Source of the DNA: a virus
Lineage: Duplodnaviria > Caudoviricetes
Length of the DNA: 64,000 nucleotides
Direction: 5' to 3' (one strand)
Virus record (IMG/VR): IMGVR_UViG_3300018080_000179
Span: 1,122-65,121 of that record
Position numbers and translations under genes: made by a program. Shown here in pieces: positions 62,170-64,000 of this stretch; within the stretch, counting starts at the first letter, position 1; the number at the start of each line of letters is the position of its first letter. Under the pieces are notes generated by a model that had not been told where the DNA came from, ran no database searches, and worked only from the letters and a program-made list of their open reading frames with translations.

Positions 62170-64000
62170 ATGTTTAGACTTCTGGTCCTTCTGGCACTGT
62201 TGTCAACAGTGGCCGACGCAAGATTCAAATACACGAAGCAGACGCACCTTCCAAAAATAAACCTTCTGGACAATCCTGGATGGGAGAACCACAAGACCGG
62301 GTGGACGAAGAGTGGCGGAGTCTACACCCTTGAAACATCCACGCATCTGATGGGCGGGGCATCGGGTCAGTGGAACCCCTCGGCCACCAGTCAGACATTC
62401 ACCAGTGATGCCGCCGTGCTTCCCAAGGGGATGTACGGACGCGACTGCGAGCTTTCCTTCATATACTCCTGGGACAGCGGGACTGCTGGAGAGATTCAGT
62501 TTTATGTATGGGACGGAACCAACGCCCTGCATGAAAAGGTGGACCTTGTCCCAACATCCTCACCGCTTCCGGAACCGGCCAGGGTCGCGTTCACATGCCC
62601 GTCATCTGGTTCAATTTATGCCAGGTTGGAATCGACTGCCGACGCGGACGAGATAACGCTGGACGACTTCTGGCTTGGAAGCAACCTGAACAATTTTGAC
62701 TATCTCACGGCAGAGCGCGTGGGAACCAAGCGGTGGGCAGCGACATCGGGGTGCGCCTGGACAAAGAACGCAGACAACTGGGACGAGTACGCTGCCGACG
62801 TACAATGCGACGACAACACAAGAACATTCACAGGGCAGGCGATAGCAGACGCAACGATTGACGGGCAGAAGCCAAAGATAAGATTTGCCGGTCTTGACTC
62901 GGGCGACTATAGGGTGGTGTTCACGGGTGGTATGAACGCCGACTACGGAACCGGAACAACCGTGTGCAGGTACGCGATAACAGACGGGACAACCAGAAAG
63001 GAAGTCACACACGCTGCCGCTACGAACAACGCACAGATCAATGCAGTGCCAAGCGTTGAAGCTGACTTCACATACGACACGGCACAGGGCGACACAACCT
63101 ATACACTCATTGTCTACGGCGACCCCGACGGTGACTGCTTCACAACGGGCATCTACGCTGGACTCGCGGCAGCGGTCTACCGCTACCCGCTTGAAAGCCA
63201 GAAGGCGACCACAATAGACATGTCGAAGTGGTACGTTGACGCCAGCATCGGTGGTGCGAACATTGACATGGGCAACTCCACCATCACCACCTACACTGCA
63301 CCGGACAATTCGGGGCTTGACCTTGTTGTAAATGACGGGTCGGCAAGTGTTGGCATTGGTTGTTCAGGAACAAATGAAAATGACGTGGGCGACCTGACGT
63401 GTTCAGCAGGGAACGAGCAGATTGCCATTGTACTGAACATCCCACAGGCGGGGGCGTATGAGTTTGAATTTACCCTTGCACACAAGGCAAAGGCAGCACG
63501 GGCTGTTTTTGAACTTGTAGAAACCGGAAACGCAAACCAGACAATTGTGCAGGAGGGCAACACAAGACTGACATCATGGAACGGCACGACAAGTGACATG
63601 GTGTTTCCAATTGTCCTGACTGGCCTCTTTAAGTTCGATTCGGCTGGAAAAAAGACAATAAGATTAATGAGGGAACAGGACAGGACACTCACATCGAACC
63701 TCATCTACGCAGACAGAGAAACGGCATCGGGACAGCGGGACATCCACATCACGGTCAAGCCGTGGCTCAGAGGCTATTCACAGCCCTATGCGATCCCGCA
63801 GAACAAGTGGCAAACCCGAATCCTGCAATCCAACTTTACTTCGGCTTCGGCAACGGTGACGGGACTTACATTTGACAATCTGACCCCTGGGAAGACCTAC
63901 AAAATATTCCCGAAGTTTTATTTCAGAACCACCAGCGGCAGGACACCAGACTATCAAAATGGTGTGAGCATGTACGATGGGGGGACAAAGATAAACGGAA
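62170..64000 (+). CDS. signal-peptide-bearing, Cys-paired multidomain protein in the fibre cluster (3' truncated; not in ORF track)
   Basis: Translated by hand: open for 610 codons to the window end; MFRLLVLLALLSTVADA|RFKY; NLLDNPGWE CBM-like start; 8 Cys. Confidence 0.85.
   Translation, partial: MFRLLVLLALLSTVADARFKYTKQTHLPKINLLDNPGWENHKTGWTKSGGVYTLETSTHLMGGASGQWNPSATSQTFTSDAAVLPKGMYGRDCELSFIYSWDSGTAGEIQFYVWDGTNALHEKVDLVPTSSPLPEPARVAFTCPSSGSIYARLESTADADEITLDDFWLGSNLNNFDYLTAERVGTKRWAATSGCAWTKNADNWDEYAADVQCDDNTRTFTGQAIADATIDGQKPKIRFAGLDSGDYRVVFTGGMNADYGTGTTVCRYAITDGTTRKEVTHAAATNNAQINAVPSVEADFTYDTAQGDTTYTLIVYGDPDGDCFTTGIYAGLAAAVYRYPLESQKATTIDMSKWYVDASIGGANIDMGNSTITTYTAPDNSGLDLVVNDGSASVGIGCSGTNENDVGDLTCSAGNEQIAIVLNIPQAGAYEFEFTLAHKAKAARAVFELVETGNANQTIVQEGNTRLTSWNGTTSDMVFPIVLTGLFKFDSAGKKTIRLMREQDRTLTSNLIYADRETASGQRDIHITVKPWLRGYSQPYAIPQNKWQTRILQSNFTSASATVTGLTFDNLTPGKTYKIFPKFYFRTTSGRTPDYQNGVSMYDGGTKING

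Noticed and set aside
1-64000. Stop-codon reassignment, DGR/retron, tRNA or integrase
   Set aside because: TAA, TAG and TGA all terminate well-defined genes under the standard code; no reverse transcriptase, TR/VR pair, cloverleaf or recombinase motif was seen.

Overview
The window is a contiguous, almost entirely + strand segment of a large tailed (myovirus-type) bacteriophage genome. No host genes, integrase, tRNA, rRNA or CRISPR array were recognised. About 1-9.9 kb holds small accessory and regulatory genes (KhpA-like KH protein, HTH proteins, DUF6744-like protein, probable small terminase, DNA methyltransferase) plus an 11-bp tandem repeat array. About 9.9-16.8 kb is a cluster of virion accessory proteins that share domains. 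From 16.8 kb to the window end runs an SPO1/Twort(Herelleviridae)-like morphogenesis operon: TerL, portal, MuF, prohead protease, scaffold, major capsid, neck, sheath, tube, chaperones, tape measure, baseplate and fibres. The most striking signal is between TerL and the protease. A 1185-aa protein consists of unrelated basic or His-rich cargo domains separated by a repeated acidic linker, K-S-V-D-G-A-L-D-D-L-x-K-(G/A). Related K|(S/A/G) sites recur in the portal, a Nudix fusion, the scaffold, the protease and the capsid leader. This suggests a protease-processed, head-packaged polyprotein cargo system. Other notable items are an apparently catalytically dead prohead-protease paralogue, a recurrent 16-bp palindrome, a candidate GGA-rich sRNA, and a tail-cluster protein with a Sec signal peptide and paired cysteines (truncated at the window end, absent from the ORF track). 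All family assignments come from motif recognition by eye; no searches were run.
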